From NCBI GenBank assembly GCA_963845565.1, contig CAWJSJ010000002.1:2656001-2720000 (forward strand): a DNA stretch of 64,000 bases, written 5' to 3'. Under the pieces are notes generated by a model. The model made no database searches. It was not told the DNA's origin and was given only the letters and a program-made list of their open reading frames with translations. The position numbers were made by a program, and so were the translations under genes. The stretch's first letter is position 1; every line of letters starts with the position of its first letter. Shown piece by piece: positions 20,568 to 30,866 of this stretch. The stretch is from an uncultured Methylomirabilota bacterium. Lineage in GTDB: Bacteria; Methylomirabilota; Methylomirabilia; Methylomirabilales; 2-02-FULL-66-22.

Positions 20568-22528
20568 CAGGGTCGCGGGCCGGGTCCGGATGCCCCCGGC
20601 GCGCCCGGGCCGCCGGGTTGTCCCGACGGCTGCGGCGTGGGCAGTGCCGGACGAGGCGGCGCCACCACCCCACCGGGGGAGGCGGGCGCCGCCGGCCCGA
20701 AGCTATCCGCCGTTCCCGACGTGAAGCCCTGGATGTCCGCGTCGGGGCGGCTCATAGTCTTCACGATCCGGGGGGTCAGGGAAATCATGACGTCGGTCCG
20801 GCTCCGCTGCTCGTTCGGGCTCATGAAGAGTCGTCCGAGGAGGGGGAGTTCGCTCAGGAGGGGCATCTTGCTGTTCGCGACGGACGCATCCTCCTGGTAG
20901 AGACCACCCAGGAGGCGGGTCTCGCCGTTTCGCACCTTGATGAACGTGTCCAGGTTCCGCGTGTTCACGGGCGGCAAGAGATTCGCGCCCGGGACGTCGG
21001 CAATGGCGGGGCCGATGGCACTGATCTCGAAGTTGATCTCCACCGTGACCTCGCCGTCCAGGTGCACGGTGGGAGTCAAGGTCATCTTGAGGCCCAGGTC
21101 CCGGTACTCCACGTTGGTCTGTGTGGTGGTCACGGCACCGGTCGCGGTGCCCGGCGTCGTCCCCGTACCCGTCCCAGTGGAAACCGAGGGCACGCTACTG
21201 ATCGAGGATATCAGGAACGGGCGTCGCTGGCCGATGAGCAGGCGCGCCTTCTGCCGGTCGAGGATCCGGACGGTCGGGTTCGCCAGCACCTTGGTGGTCG
21301 AATCGTTCTTGATCAGATTCATGATCAGTGTGGGGCTGGTGATGCTGACGGTGCTTCCCCGTTGGATGAAACTCACGAAACTTGATACGGGAATGTTTTG
21401 CGGGAAGTTGAGGGTCACCGACAGCGTGCGGGGCGAGAAGTCGAGCCCGAGGTTCTGCGCCGCGGTGCGGTCGACCTCGAGGACTTCCATGTCGATCTCC
21501 ACCTCTCCCACGCTCCGGTCGTTGGCCTCCAGGACCTTCCGCGCCAGCTCGATCTTCTCCGGAGTCTCCCGGACCACCAGGGCGTTGAGTTTCTCGTTCA
21601 CGAACACCTGACGGGTGTTCAGGATGGTCCGCAGGAGATTCACCGCCACCTTGGCGTCGGCGTCGGTGAGATAGAAGGTGTGCACCGCCAGATCGTCGTA
21701 CTGTTGTCGCTTGCCCGGGTTGTCGGGGACCACGATCACCGTGTTCTCCGCCGCGCGTCTGGCGAAGAGGCGGTTGGAGGACAGGATCAGGATGAACGCC
21801 TCGCGCAGCGGTACGTCCTTGAGAAAGGCCGTGATCCGCTTCGGTTGGAGCGACTCGTCGGTGACGATGTTCACACCGGCGGTCCGGGAGATCACCTCCA
21901 GGACCTCCTTGATATCCGTGTCCTTGAACCGCAGGGTCACCGGTTTGGCGGAGAAGAGCTGCTGCGCCGCCTTCTCGGCGTCGATTTGGATCGTGGATGG
22001 GGGCGCCTCGGCGGCCACCATGGCCGCCAGCTCCTTCTTGAGGGCCTTGGCCTCGGCGTTCTCGGAATCCAGCCGCAGGACCGCCTGGACTTCATTCCGG
22101 GCGGGACCCCACTCCTTATTCGCCATCCGTTCGCGCGCCCGCTTCAGGCGGTCCCGGATTTCGGTCGCGCGGCCGATCCGCTCCAACCCCACCAGAGCCA
22201 ACTGGTTCTCCCCGTTGTAGGTCAGGGCGCGGCGGTAGGCGGCGGCGGCGTCTTCCAAGCGGTGGATCTGCTCGAACTCGTTGCCCTGGCGGACATATTC
22301 CTGGGAGGCCACCCAGAGTGTTCGGGCAAGACCGATGCGGGCCTCCAGATTCCGAGGATCGTTCTTGGTCGCCTCCTGGTAGAACTGGATGGCTTCGTCC
22401 CAGCGTCCCTGCTGGGCCAGTTCCTCACCGGGCAGCGTGGGCAACTGCAGGGCGCAGCCGGCCAGGAGACCTCCCAGGAGGAGCGGAAGCGCCAGCCGTC
22501 GGATCTCACGGAGATGTTGAGTCGTCAT
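20567..22528 (-). CDS. gspD: Secretin (GspD/PilQ family) with N-terminal lipoprotein signal and TPR repeats
   Basis: LAGC lipobox, TPR region, KVLANPTVRILD, EYRDLGLKMTLTPTV, GETRLLGGL, PLLSELPLLGRLF. Confidence 0.9.
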   Translation of the reverse strand: MTTQHLREIRRLALPLLLGGLLAGCALQLPTLPGEELAQQGRWDEAIQFYQEATKNDPRNLEARIGLARTLWVASQEYVRQGNEFEQIHRLEDAAAAYRRALTYNGENQLALVGLERIGRATEIRDRLKRARERMANKEWGPARNEVQAVLRLDSENAEAKALKKELAAMVAAEAPPSTIQIDAEKAAQQLFSAKPVTLRFKDTDIKEVLEVISRTAGVNIVTDESLQPKRITAFLKDVPLREAFILILSSNRLFARRAAENTVIVVPDNPGKRQQYDDLAVHTFYLTDADAKVAVNLLRTILNTRQVFVNEKLNALVVRETPEKIELARKVLEANDRSVGEVEIDMEVLEVDRTAAQNLGLDFSPRTLSVTLNFPQNIPVSSFVSFIQRGSTVSITSPTLIMNLIKNDSTTKVLANPTVRILDRQKARLLIGQRRPFLISSISSVPSVSTGTGTGTTPGTATGAVTTTQTNVEYRDLGLKMTLTPTVHLDGEVTVEINFEISAIGPAIADVPGANLLPPVNTRNLDTFIKVRNGETRLLGGLYQEDASVANSKMPLLSELPLLGRLFMSPNEQRSRTDVMISLTPRIVKTMSRPDADIQGFTSGTADSFGPAAPASPGGVVAPPRPALPTPQPSGQPGGPGAPGASGPGPRP

Positions 22529-22583
22529 GCCTGTGCCTCGCCGAGATGAAACCGTGTGAGTCGTTGACCAACATCGGCCGCCC

Positions 22584-23186
22584 TCATTGCGGCGCCCGTC
22601 CGGGTGCGCTGGGAGGACGTGGCGCCGCCGCCCCTGCGGCGGGCGTCGAGAGATCGAGACGGGCCTGCTTGTCCCCGGAGGGGGAGGTAAGGAGCACGCT
22701 CTCATCCTGCACCTCCGCGACGCGAAAGCGTCCGGACAGCATGCCGCCTACCGGCACGGTATGCACCTCCTGCCCCTGGACGATGAACGCCGTGAGCACG
22801 TCTCCCGAACGCAGAAACCCGACGTACCGGAGCTGCTTGACCTCTTCCTGGAACGGGTCCGGCGGCGGGGGCACGGCTAGCGCAGCTCCAGGAGCCGCCA
22901 CGGCCTGAGGCGGCGGTGGGGGAGGCGGCGGTGGGACGCTGAAGATGTTCTGCACCTCCGACGGATACGGGGCGCGCGGAAGGTTCGCGAGCTCCGCCTT
23001 GAGCCGCGGGATGTTCGCCGACGGGCCCGCGGTGGCACGGACGGGCCGCGCACCGGTCTGGGGTGGCGGCGATGTCCCCACGGGCTCGTCGGGTCGGTGC
23101 AGGCCGAAGATCAACGCCCAGATCCCCACCAGCGCCGCCAGGATCAGGACCTTCATCCGCGCAGATCGCATTGTCGCCGCCATCAT
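22584..23186 (-). CDS. Pro-rich bitopic assembly protein (PilP/GspC-position gene)
   Basis: N-terminal TM, NIF + poly-Pro linker, LRYVGFL beta domain; sits between pilO-like gene and secretin. Confidence 0.6.
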   Translation of the reverse strand: MMAATMRSARMKVLILAALVGIWALIFGLHRPDEPVGTSPPPQTGARPVRATAGPSANIPRLKAELANLPRAPYPSEVQNIFSVPPPPPPPPPQAVAAPGAALAVPPPPDPFQEEVKQLRYVGFLRSGDVLTAFIVQGQEVHTVPVGGMLSGRFRVAEVQDESVLLTSPSGDKQARLDLSTPAAGAAAPRPPSAPGRAPQ

Positions 23187-23187
23187 C

Positions 23188-23712
23188 CTACTGCAAGTAC
23201 ATCCCCAGCTGCAGCTGTACCTGCAAGTTGGCCGTGCCCTTGAGCTCTCTTAGTGCCAATCGCTCGATCACCAGAAATCGGCGCATGCCTTCCAGTTCGT
23301 AGAGATACCGCCGGATCGTCTCGTAGGGCCCCTCGACGCCCAACTGCACCGTGACCTTGGTGAGGCCTGCCTCCTTGGCCTGGGTGGGCCGGTAGTCCAC
23401 GTCCGGGACTTGCAGGGCGTGCGACCGGGCCAGTTTGGTGAGCCGGCCCATGAGTGCCACCAGCTCCGCCCGGCGGGGGAACCCTTGCGAGAATTCCTCG
23501 ACCTCGCGCATGGCGGTCAGGAGGGTCTCGCTGGACTGTCCCTCGCGCTGGGCGCTGCGAACGTTGCGCTCCAGTCCCGCGATCCGCGTCTCGATGTCAA
23601 GGCGCGCCTGGCGGGTGGGCTGGAGCAGAAAGACCAGGACCCACAGGTTGGCCGCCAGGAGCACGAGCAACCCACCCCACGCCCATGCGGTGCGGGAAGT
23701 CAGGGGCATCAT
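23188..23712 (-). CDS. PilO/GspM-like protein
   Basis: TM, coiled coil, VEGPYETIRRYLYELE ferredoxin-like domain. Confidence 0.8.
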   Translation of the reverse strand: MMPLTSRTAWAWGGLLVLLAANLWVLVFLLQPTRQARLDIETRIAGLERNVRSAQREGQSSETLLTAMREVEEFSQGFPRRAELVALMGRLTKLARSHALQVPDVDYRPTQAKEAGLTKVTVQLGVEGPYETIRRYLYELEGMRRFLVIERLALRELKGTANLQVQLQLGMYLQ

Positions 23713-24281
23713 CGCGGGCGTTCCTGGTAGATCAGGTTCACCGTGAACTCCAACACCTCGGGCCCACCCGCAGCGGATTTCCGCGCCGTCTGGCGGAGGA
23801 GGAACACGTCACGGAAGCCGGCACGCTGTTCCAAGCCGTTCAGCAGCTTGGTGAGGTCCTCGAAGGTGCGCGCTTCGCCGCGCAAGGCGACTTTCCCCGA
23901 CGGCAGGTCGGGGCGGATCTCGCTCAGCGTGACGCCAGGCGGCACGGATCGCTCCAGCTCGACCAGCAGGCCAATCCACGAGAAGGTGGAGGCCTCGAGG
24001 ATCTGATTGTAGGCGGCCACCTTGGCCTCGTACTGCTTGACCGCCTCGGCGGGGACGCGCGCCCGGACGGCGCGCGCCTCTTCCTGGTGTCGCCGAAGCG
24101 CACCTTCCATTTCCCCCAGCCGTGCCTCCACGACTTGAACCTCGCGCCGCTGGGCGGACCACACCACAAGCTGGATGGCCAGCGCGACGATCAGAATCGC
24201 GCCTGCCGCAACCGCGAAGACGACGCGCCGCCGGCTGCGGGCGAAATCGGCGGACGCCAGATTGAAACCCGCGATCACCAT
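23709..24281 (-). CDS. PilN-domain protein
   Basis: FNLA motif, TM, coiled coil, WIGLLVELERSVPPGVTL. Confidence 0.82.
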   Translation of the reverse strand: MVIAGFNLASADFARSRRRVVFAVAAGAILIVALAIQLVVWSAQRREVQVVEARLGEMEGALRRHQEEARAVRARVPAEAVKQYEAKVAAYNQILEASTFSWIGLLVELERSVPPGVTLSEIRPDLPSGKVALRGEARTFEDLTKLLNGLEQRAGFRDVFLLRQTARKSAAGGPEVLEFTVNLIYQERPR

Positions 24282-25171
24282 GGTCGGATGGCCGCTCCGA
24301 TGGCCGCGCCCCACCGGGTCAGCTCTTCCGTAGAGCCGCCCGGGCGGGTTCCGGGTACGAACGCCTCGGCCAGGTCCAGGATGCTGACGGGAAGCTCCAG
24401 CCAGCGAGCGAGTCCCGCGGCGATCTCGTCCGTCCTGGGGCCCATGCCGTGCACGAGCACGCGCTGCAGCGGACCCAGGCCCTCCGATTCCTGAAAGAAG
24501 GCCAGAGAGTCGGCGACATCACGAATCAGGCGGACCGGATCGCCGTCCGCCGCCAGGATACGCCAGAGTTGGGGACGCCCCTCTTGGATCAGCAGGAGCG
24601 TGGCGCGGTCCCCATCGGCGGTCAACAAGCCCGCGGTCCGCGCGGTCAGGACGACGGAGGTCGCCTGCGCCAGGGACACGCTCCGCGCGTCCAGGACGCC
24701 GGCCCGGAACCCGGCCCCCTGCAGGGCCCGTTCGTAATCCGCCAGGAGGCTCTTCCGCGCGACCAGGCAGGCCAGCCGCACACGGCCGTCGGGGCCCGCG
24801 CCGACATTCAGATAGTCAAGACGGGCCTGCTCCACCGGGAAGGGGAGCAAATCCCGCGCCTGCCAGCACAGGAACCGCCGCGCCGCTTCCCGTTCGTCCG
24901 GGAGCTGGTCCGTGGCGATCGTCCGGAGGATGAACAACGGATCCGGCAGCGCCACGCGGACCCACCCGCGACAACCGCCGCGGCGTCTGAGGCTGCGGAG
25001 AGCCGCGGTCAGGGCCGAAACGTCCGCCAGTTTGGTCTCCTTGATCGAGGGCTGGACCACACCCGGCGCGATCGCCGCATCGACCACCCGGCGGATGCGG
25101 ATCTGGCCCCGGCGCACCTCCGCGCGGCACAGCCGAAGCCGATCTGGTGCAATCTCCAATCCCCAGGCCAT
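24275..25171 (-). CDS. PilM/GspL-like cytoplasmic actin-fold protein
   Basis: WGLEIAPD N-terminus, LLPFPVEQARLDY, C-terminal AAIGAA. Confidence 0.75.
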   Translation of the reverse strand: MAWGLEIAPDRLRLCRAEVRRGQIRIRRVVDAAIAPGVVQPSIKETKLADVSALTAALRSLRRRGGCRGWVRVALPDPLFILRTIATDQLPDEREAARRFLCWQARDLLPFPVEQARLDYLNVGAGPDGRVRLACLVARKSLLADYERALQGAGFRAGVLDARSVSLAQATSVVLTARTAGLLTADGDRATLLLIQEGRPQLWRILAADGDPVRLIRDVADSLAFFQESEGLGPLQRVLVHGMGPRTDEIAAGLARWLELPVSILDLAEAFVPGTRPGGSTEELTRWGAAIGAAIRPW

Positions 25172-25197
25172 GGGCGTTCCGTTGCGCTCCTGTCGCG

Positions 25198-26901
25198 TTA
25201 TTCGGCGAACGTCACGCGGTTGACCTCGGCCACCGACGTGACCCCGCCGCGAGCCTTCGCCAGGGCGGCATCCCGCAGCAGGAGCGTGCCGCCGGTCTGT
25301 GCGGCAGCGTAGATCTCGGTGGCCGGTCGTCGCTCAAGAATCAAACCGCGGATGGTATCGGTGACCTCGACCAGTTCGGAAATGGCGCTGCGCCCGCGGA
25401 ATCCTGAGCCCTGGCATTCGTCGCAACCGCCGTTCTCGAAGAAGGTGTGCGCCGCGTCCTTATCCGGATCGAGGCCGAGATCCTTCAGGCCGTCAGGCAG
25501 ATACTGCACGGGCCGCCGACAGGACCGGCAGAGGACGCGCACGAGCCGCTGCGTCATGATGCAGTTCAGGGACGACAGGAAATGGTACGGCTCCAGCCCC
25601 ATGTTCAGGAAGCGCCCCAGGACGTCCATCACGTTGTTCGCGTGTACGGTGGTGAAGACCAGGTGGCCTGTCAAGGCGGACTGGACGGCGATCTGCGCCG
25701 TCTCGGGGTCGCGGATTTCCCCGACCAGGATCTTGTCGGGGTCGTGGCGCAGGATGCTGCGCAAGCCGCGGGCGAAGGTCAGCCCCTTCTTCTCGTTCAC
25801 CGGAATCTGGACCACGTCCCTGAGCTGGTACTCGATGGGGTCCTCGATGGTGATGATCTTCTCGGTGCCGGAGTGCACCTCGGTAATGGCGGCGTAGAGG
25901 GTGGTGGTCTTCCCCGACCCCGTCGGGCCGGTGACCAGGACCATCCCGTGCGGTCGGTGGATGTGCCGTCGCAGGCGGCGCAGATCGGTGTCGCTGATCC
26001 CCAGGAGTTCCAGCTTGAGATCGGCCAGTTCCTTGGTGATGGCTTCTTTGTCCAGGATGCGGATGACCACCGCTTCGCCGAAATTGCTGGGGAGGATGGA
26101 GACGCGGAAGTCGATAGAGCGGCCGCGGATCCGGATCTTGAACCGGCCATCCTGGGGGATGCGGTGTTCCGCGATGTCCAGCTCCGCCATGATCTTGATC
26201 CGCGAGACGATGGTATCCTGGTGGCGACGGTCCAGGGGTTCCATGGCGGGGTGGAGCATCCCGTCCACGCGGAACTTGAGGTGGACCTGCTTCTCGCTCG
26301 CCTCAATGTGGACGTCGCTGGCCCGATGCTCCAGGGCGTTCAGGAGGATGGTGTCGACCAGGCGAATGGTAGGGCTGGCGTCGGTTGGCTGAGGGTCGAC
26401 GACGGCGACCCCGTCCTCCTCGTCCGCCTCCGTGAGCTTGAAATCCTCGCTGATGGCGTTCAGCACCCGCTGCGAAGCATCCACGCGGCCCAACCGATCC
26501 AGGAGCGCACCACGGACGACCACCACCAGATCCACTGGGCCGCCATGCGTCTGCACGAGGTCGTCTTTGAGAAGGACGTTGCCGGGGTCGGCGACTGCGA
26601 CGATCAGGCGGGCGCGGTCGCGACGGAGAGGCAGGAACAGATCACGGCGCATTCGCTCCAGCGGAAAGGCGTCCAGAATACCCGCCTCCAGCGGAGTGGT
26701 CGCCAGGTCCACGATCGGCAGGTCGTGAAGTCGGCTGAAGGCCTTGGCCAACGCGTCCTCGGTGAGGAGGCCGGTTTCCACCAGATGCCAACCCAGACCG
26801 CCGCGCAACCCGTTTCGCTCGCGCAAGGCCTGATCCATCTGCGGGCGGGTGACGTGGCCTTCGCCGACAAGCGCTTCTTCCAGCGTCCGGTACTGTGTCA
26901 T
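25198..26901 (-). CDS. gspE: GspE/PulE/PilB assembly ATPase
   Basis: ASDVHIE, PQDGRF, GPTGSGKT, TIEDPIE, LRHDPD..VGEIRD, CxxC...CxxC zinc motif. Confidence 0.95.
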   Translation of the reverse strand: MTQYRTLEEALVGEGHVTRPQMDQALRERNGLRGGLGWHLVETGLLTEDALAKAFSRLHDLPIVDLATTPLEAGILDAFPLERMRRDLFLPLRRDRARLIVAVADPGNVLLKDDLVQTHGGPVDLVVVVRGALLDRLGRVDASQRVLNAISEDFKLTEADEEDGVAVVDPQPTDASPTIRLVDTILLNALEHRASDVHIEASEKQVHLKFRVDGMLHPAMEPLDRRHQDTIVSRIKIMAELDIAEHRIPQDGRFKIRIRGRSIDFRVSILPSNFGEAVVIRILDKEAITKELADLKLELLGISDTDLRRLRRHIHRPHGMVLVTGPTGSGKTTTLYAAITEVHSGTEKIITIEDPIEYQLRDVVQIPVNEKKGLTFARGLRSILRHDPDKILVGEIRDPETAQIAVQSALTGHLVFTTVHANNVMDVLGRFLNMGLEPYHFLSSLNCIMTQRLVRVLCRSCRRPVQYLPDGLKDLGLDPDKDAAHTFFENGGCDECQGSGFRGRSAISELVEVTDTIRGLILERRPATEIYAAAQTGGTLLLRDAALAKARGGVTSVAEVNRVTFAE

Positions 26902-26992
26902 TTTTTCCCTATGAGAATCGGCCAGTGTGCGATTATGCAATATTTGGACCGATAGCGCACACGCCAGACAGACGACACACCGACCGCGCGTT

Positions 26993-28208
26993 CTACCGTA
27001 TCGCCGACGACAGGTTAAAGATCGGCAGGTACATGATGACGACGATGGCAGCCACGACGAGGCCCATCCCGATCATGATGGCGGGTTCGATGGCGGCCGC
27101 CAGGGCCGTGAGTCGCATGTCCATCTCGGCATCGTACATATCAGCGACATGCCCCAGCATTTCCCCAAGGGCTCCGCTGTTCTCTCCGACGGCCACCAAC
27201 TCCTGCATCAGACTGGGGACAACGCCGGTCCGACCCAAAGAATCTGCCAGGCTTCCACCCGCGGCCACGCGCGGAATGGCCGTGCGGATCTTGTCGGTCA
27301 GGTAGGCATTTCCCACCGTTCCCAGTGTCGTCTCGAGCGACGGAATCATGGGAATGCCGCCCACCTGCATCATGGCCAGTGTCCGGGCGAAGCGGGAAAA
27401 GAGGTAGCCGCTCACGAGGGTCCCGAACCACGGGAGGGCCACGACCCAGCGGTCCATCAGCCGTTTCCCTCGCGGGGTCCGACGCCAACGCCACAGGCCC
27501 AGTCCCGCCGCGACGAGCGCGATGGAGGCCAGCGGAATGGCATTCTGGAGGTGCCCCGTGATCGTGATGAGAATACGAGTTGCCACGGGAAGTTGCGCAT
27601 CCATGTCGCCGTAGATCCGGCTGAAGGTCGGGACCACGAAAACCAAGAGAAACAGGATGACCGCCAGGGAGGCCCCAACCAGGATCATCGGATAGGTGAG
27701 GGCCGCCCGCAGGCGTTGGCGCAGGGCCAGGATGCGCTTCTGGTAATCCACATACCGGGTGAGGGCGTCGACGAAATTCCCGCTCTGCTCACCGGCATGG
27801 AGTGCAGCCGCGTACAGCGGGCTGAAAACATCCGGGTGTTTGGCCATGGCCGCAGACAGGGCCGCGCCGCCCTTTACATCCTCCCGTACTGCCTCCAGCA
27901 GACTCCGCAGGCGCGGCTGCTGGGTTCGCTCGCGGAGCAGGTCCAGGGAGATGATGATCGGAAGCCCCGCTCGCACGAGGGCCAGGAGTTCCTGGTTGAA
28001 GACCAGCAGGGCCCGTGGGCTGATGCGTGCGGCGAAAAAGGCCGGCACGCGCACCGTGAGCCGGGGCCGTGTTCGCGTTTCGGCGTCGAACACGAAGAAG
28101 CCCTTGGACTCCAGGCCGTGCCGCGCGGCCTCCGGGCTGTCCGCCCTCGGCCTCCAGCGTCTGGATGGAGCCCGTGGGCGTTCCGACTTTGAAAGAATAT
28201 TGCGCCAT
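26993..28208 (-). CDS. gspF: GspF/PilC platform protein with a +1 frameshift near 28145 (probable sequencing error)
   Basis: MAQYSFKVG...LEAE in one frame continues ADSPEAA... in another; span 1216 = 3n+1; AGEQSG, ALTYP, IEP..YLPIF motifs. Confidence 0.88.
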
Positions 28209-28314
28209 CGATCCTCTGCCGGGTTGGCTACAAGATGATAATTGTATAGAGCTTTTGTCAGGAAACGCAAGCATATTGTCGGGTCGCGCCTAGCGGACTA
28301 CGTCGTCGTTTTTC

Positions 28315-28342
28315 TTGACTCCTTTTGCTAACGGCTTATCAT
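28315..28342 (+). promoter_or_regulatory. Possible sigma70 promoter of the ctaA-ctaB unit
   Basis: TTGACT-N16-TATCAT in an AT-rich divergent intergenic region. Confidence 0.4.
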
Positions 28343-28463
28343 ACCCCTGCTTTCGGTCATGGTTGACACGGCCTTTGCCCTGGATCCTCGGCGCACGGCG
28401 GCGGGGGAACATGTTGCCCACCCGGCCGCGGCGGAACCTCCGACCCCGATGGGGCGCTCCGGT

Positions 28464-28730
28464 ATGACGTCGCTCGCGCATCTCGCCTATGGCATCGTTG
28501 GTTCCCTCTTTCTCCTTGTGACCGCAGCCTGCCTGGGATTTCTGGCGATTGGGTGGCTTCATCGGAGTCCGCCGGGTCGCACACTCACCGGGCAGGAACT
28601 GGTGTGGAGCCTGGTCCCGGCCCTGGTGCTGGTGTGGCTGACCGTGGCGAGCGATCTTCCGAGAGGGTGGGGCAGGGTGCCGGCGGGTTCAGTTGGCGCG
28701 ATCGCGCTCGAAAGCGCGCCGGGAAGGTGA
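28464..28730 (+). CDS. Small two-TM membrane protein resembling the Cox2 transmembrane hairpin
   Basis: Two hydrophobic helices, second ELVWSLVPALVLVWL; start could be 28449. Confidence 0.55.
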   Translation: MTSLAHLAYGIVGSLFLLVTAACLGFLAIGWLHRSPPGRTLTGQELVWSLVPALVLVWLTVASDLPRGWGRVPAGSVGAIALESAPGR

Positions 28731-28774
28731 CGCGAACCGTGCCAGGGAGCAACTCGGTGCAGAGCGGAGCGGGG

Positions 28775-29737
28775 ATGGTGGTGACGGATTCCGCCCGGGA
28801 AGTTGTCCGGGGCGCCTGGAGTCCGTGGCCCCACCGGATCGCCCTGGTGACCACGACGGCGACGTTCTTCCTGATCTTGGCCGGCGGGGTCGTGACCAAC
28901 ACCGGGACGGGGATGGCGGTTCCGGACTGGCCGACCACGTTCGGTCACAACATGTTTCTGTTCCCCTGGTCGAAGATGGTCGGCGGGATCCTGTACGAAC
29001 ATGCGCACCGCCTCATCGCCTCCCTGGTCGGCGCATTGACGTTGACGGTCGCGATCTTTTTGTGGGCCCTGGAGGCTCGACCGTGGGTGCGGGGGTTGGG
29101 GATTGCGGCCGTCGGTGCGGTGGTCGTCCAGGGGGTCCTTGGCGGTCTGCGCGTGGTCCTGGCGCAGCAGGGGCTGGCGATCGTGCATGGGGGATTCGCC
29201 CATGCATTCTTCGCCCTCCTCGCCGGCCTGACGCTGGTCACCTCGCCGGGCTGGTGCGCGCCGGTTGCCGAACGCGTCGCGTCGCCGGCGCTCCTCCGCC
29301 TGCGGCGGCTGGCGGTCTGCATCACGGCGGGTCTGTACCTGCAGGTCCTCCTCGGCACGCTGGTGACCCATTTGAGCGCGCGGCTGGATGCGCACCTGCT
29401 CGTCGGAGGACTGATCTCGGTGGCGGTGATCCTGCTGGGTTTTTGGATCCTGCCCGGGCGTGCCGCGTGGCCCGAACTGGTGCGGCCTGCCGAGATCCTG
29501 CGCGTGCTCTGGATCGTCCAGCTGCTCTTGGGGCTCGGCGCCTATCTGGCGAAGTTCCAGCCGGTGGATATCGGGCTGGGGGCGGGGCTCTCGCTGGTGC
29601 TATCGGTGAGCCATCGGTTGGCGGGTGGGTTGATGTTGATCACCAGCCTGGTGATCGTGTTGCGGATTTACCGACGCACGGGTGGGTCGGATTCCGAGGC
29701 AGGGCGTCGGCCCGGCTCCCGGGGGGTGACGGCATGA
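28775..29737 (+). CDS. ctaA: Heme A synthase (COX15/CtaA family)
   Basis: GGVVT..GMAVPDWP, EHAHR, QGVLGGLRV, VHG, and later His residues. Confidence 0.85.
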   Translation: MVVTDSAREVVRGAWSPWPHRIALVTTTATFFLILAGGVVTNTGTGMAVPDWPTTFGHNMFLFPWSKMVGGILYEHAHRLIASLVGALTLTVAIFLWALEARPWVRGLGIAAVGAVVVQGVLGGLRVVLAQQGLAIVHGGFAHAFFALLAGLTLVTSPGWCAPVAERVASPALLRLRRLAVCITAGLYLQVLLGTLVTHLSARLDAHLLVGGLISVAVILLGFWILPGRAAWPELVRPAEILRVLWIVQLLLGLGAYLAKFQPVDIGLGAGLSLVLSVSHRLAGGLMLITSLVIVLRIYRRTGGSDSEAGRRPGSRGVTA

Positions 29738-30639
29738 CGCTCCGTGCGCTGGCCGTCGCCGGGGCGCGCGTCTGCGCCCACCCGCGCGCGATGGACTTCC
29801 TGGTGCTGACCAAACCCCGCGTCGTCCTGATGGTCCTGGTGACGACCTTCGTGGGGTTCCATGTCGGGTCGCTCGGCCCCTCGGACCCGCTGCGCCTGCT
29901 GCACGCCCTCGTCGGAACCTGGCTGGCCGCCGCGGGCGCCTCGGCGCTGAATCAGTACCTGGAGCGGGATGTGGACGGCCGGATGGAGCGCACGCGGCGT
30001 CGGCCCCTGCCCGACAAGCGCCTGCAGCCGCGGGAAGCGGGGTGGTTCGGCCTGGGGCTGACGCTGGCCGGCCTGCTCTACCTCGGACTGGCGGTGAACT
30101 GGCTGAGTGCCGCCGTCGTGGCGGTCACGGCCGCCAGTTACCTCCTGGCCTATACGCCGCTGAAGCGTCGCTCCTCGCTGTGCACCGTCCTGGGGGCGAT
30201 CCCCGGCGCGCTGCCGCCGGTCGCCGGGTGGGTGGCCGCCCGCGGGGAATTCGGCGTCGGCGCCTGGATCCTCTTCGGAATCCTCTTCCTCTGGCAGCTC
30301 CCGCACACCCTGGCGATCGCGTGGGTCTATCGCACGGACTACGCCCGGGCCGACCTCCGGATGTTGCCGGTCGTGGATCCGGACGGGGGGAGCACCGGGC
30401 GGCAAGTGGTGGTCAACTGCCTGGCGCTGCTCGCCGTGGGGATGCTGCCCACGCTCGTCGGCATGGCCGGGCCGGTCTACTTCCTGGGCGCCCTGCTCCT
30501 GGGCGTCGGCATGCTGGCGTGCGGACTGGGACTCGCCGTGACGCGGTCCTCGGTTAGCGCCCGCCGCCTGGTCTACGCCTCGCTCATCTATCTCCCCGCC
30601 GTGCTCGTCCTGATGGCCATCGACAAGATTCGCCTGTAG
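29734..30639 (+). CDS. ctaB: Protoheme IX farnesyltransferase (heme O synthase)
   Basis: LTKPRV, NQYLERDVDGRMERTRRRPLP, YTPLKR, GALPP, WQLPH. Confidence 0.95.
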   Translation: MTLRALAVAGARVCAHPRAMDFLVLTKPRVVLMVLVTTFVGFHVGSLGPSDPLRLLHALVGTWLAAAGASALNQYLERDVDGRMERTRRRPLPDKRLQPREAGWFGLGLTLAGLLYLGLAVNWLSAAVVAVTAASYLLAYTPLKRRSSLCTVLGAIPGALPPVAGWVAARGEFGVGAWILFGILFLWQLPHTLAIAWVYRTDYARADLRMLPVVDPDGGSTGRQVVVNCLALLAVGMLPTLVGMAGPVYFLGALLLGVGMLACGLGLAVTRSSVSARRLVYASLIYLPAVLVLMAIDKIRL

Positions 30640-30866
30640 GCCGCCGCGACCAACGCCACCTCGCCGTTCTCGCACCCCGCACGCCCCGCCGGGCGCTCAC
30701 GCGCCTGCCCTCTCGTGTCTCCTTGGCAATCCGTGGGCGAAACCACCGGGTTTTTCGGATGCGCGATGACCGGCGGGAGCATGCCGCACCGCCCGGGCTG
30801 GTGCCACGCGGGTCGGCGCAAGATACGCGCCTCCCCGACACGCCGGCCGTTGCGGTGGAGCGGTGG

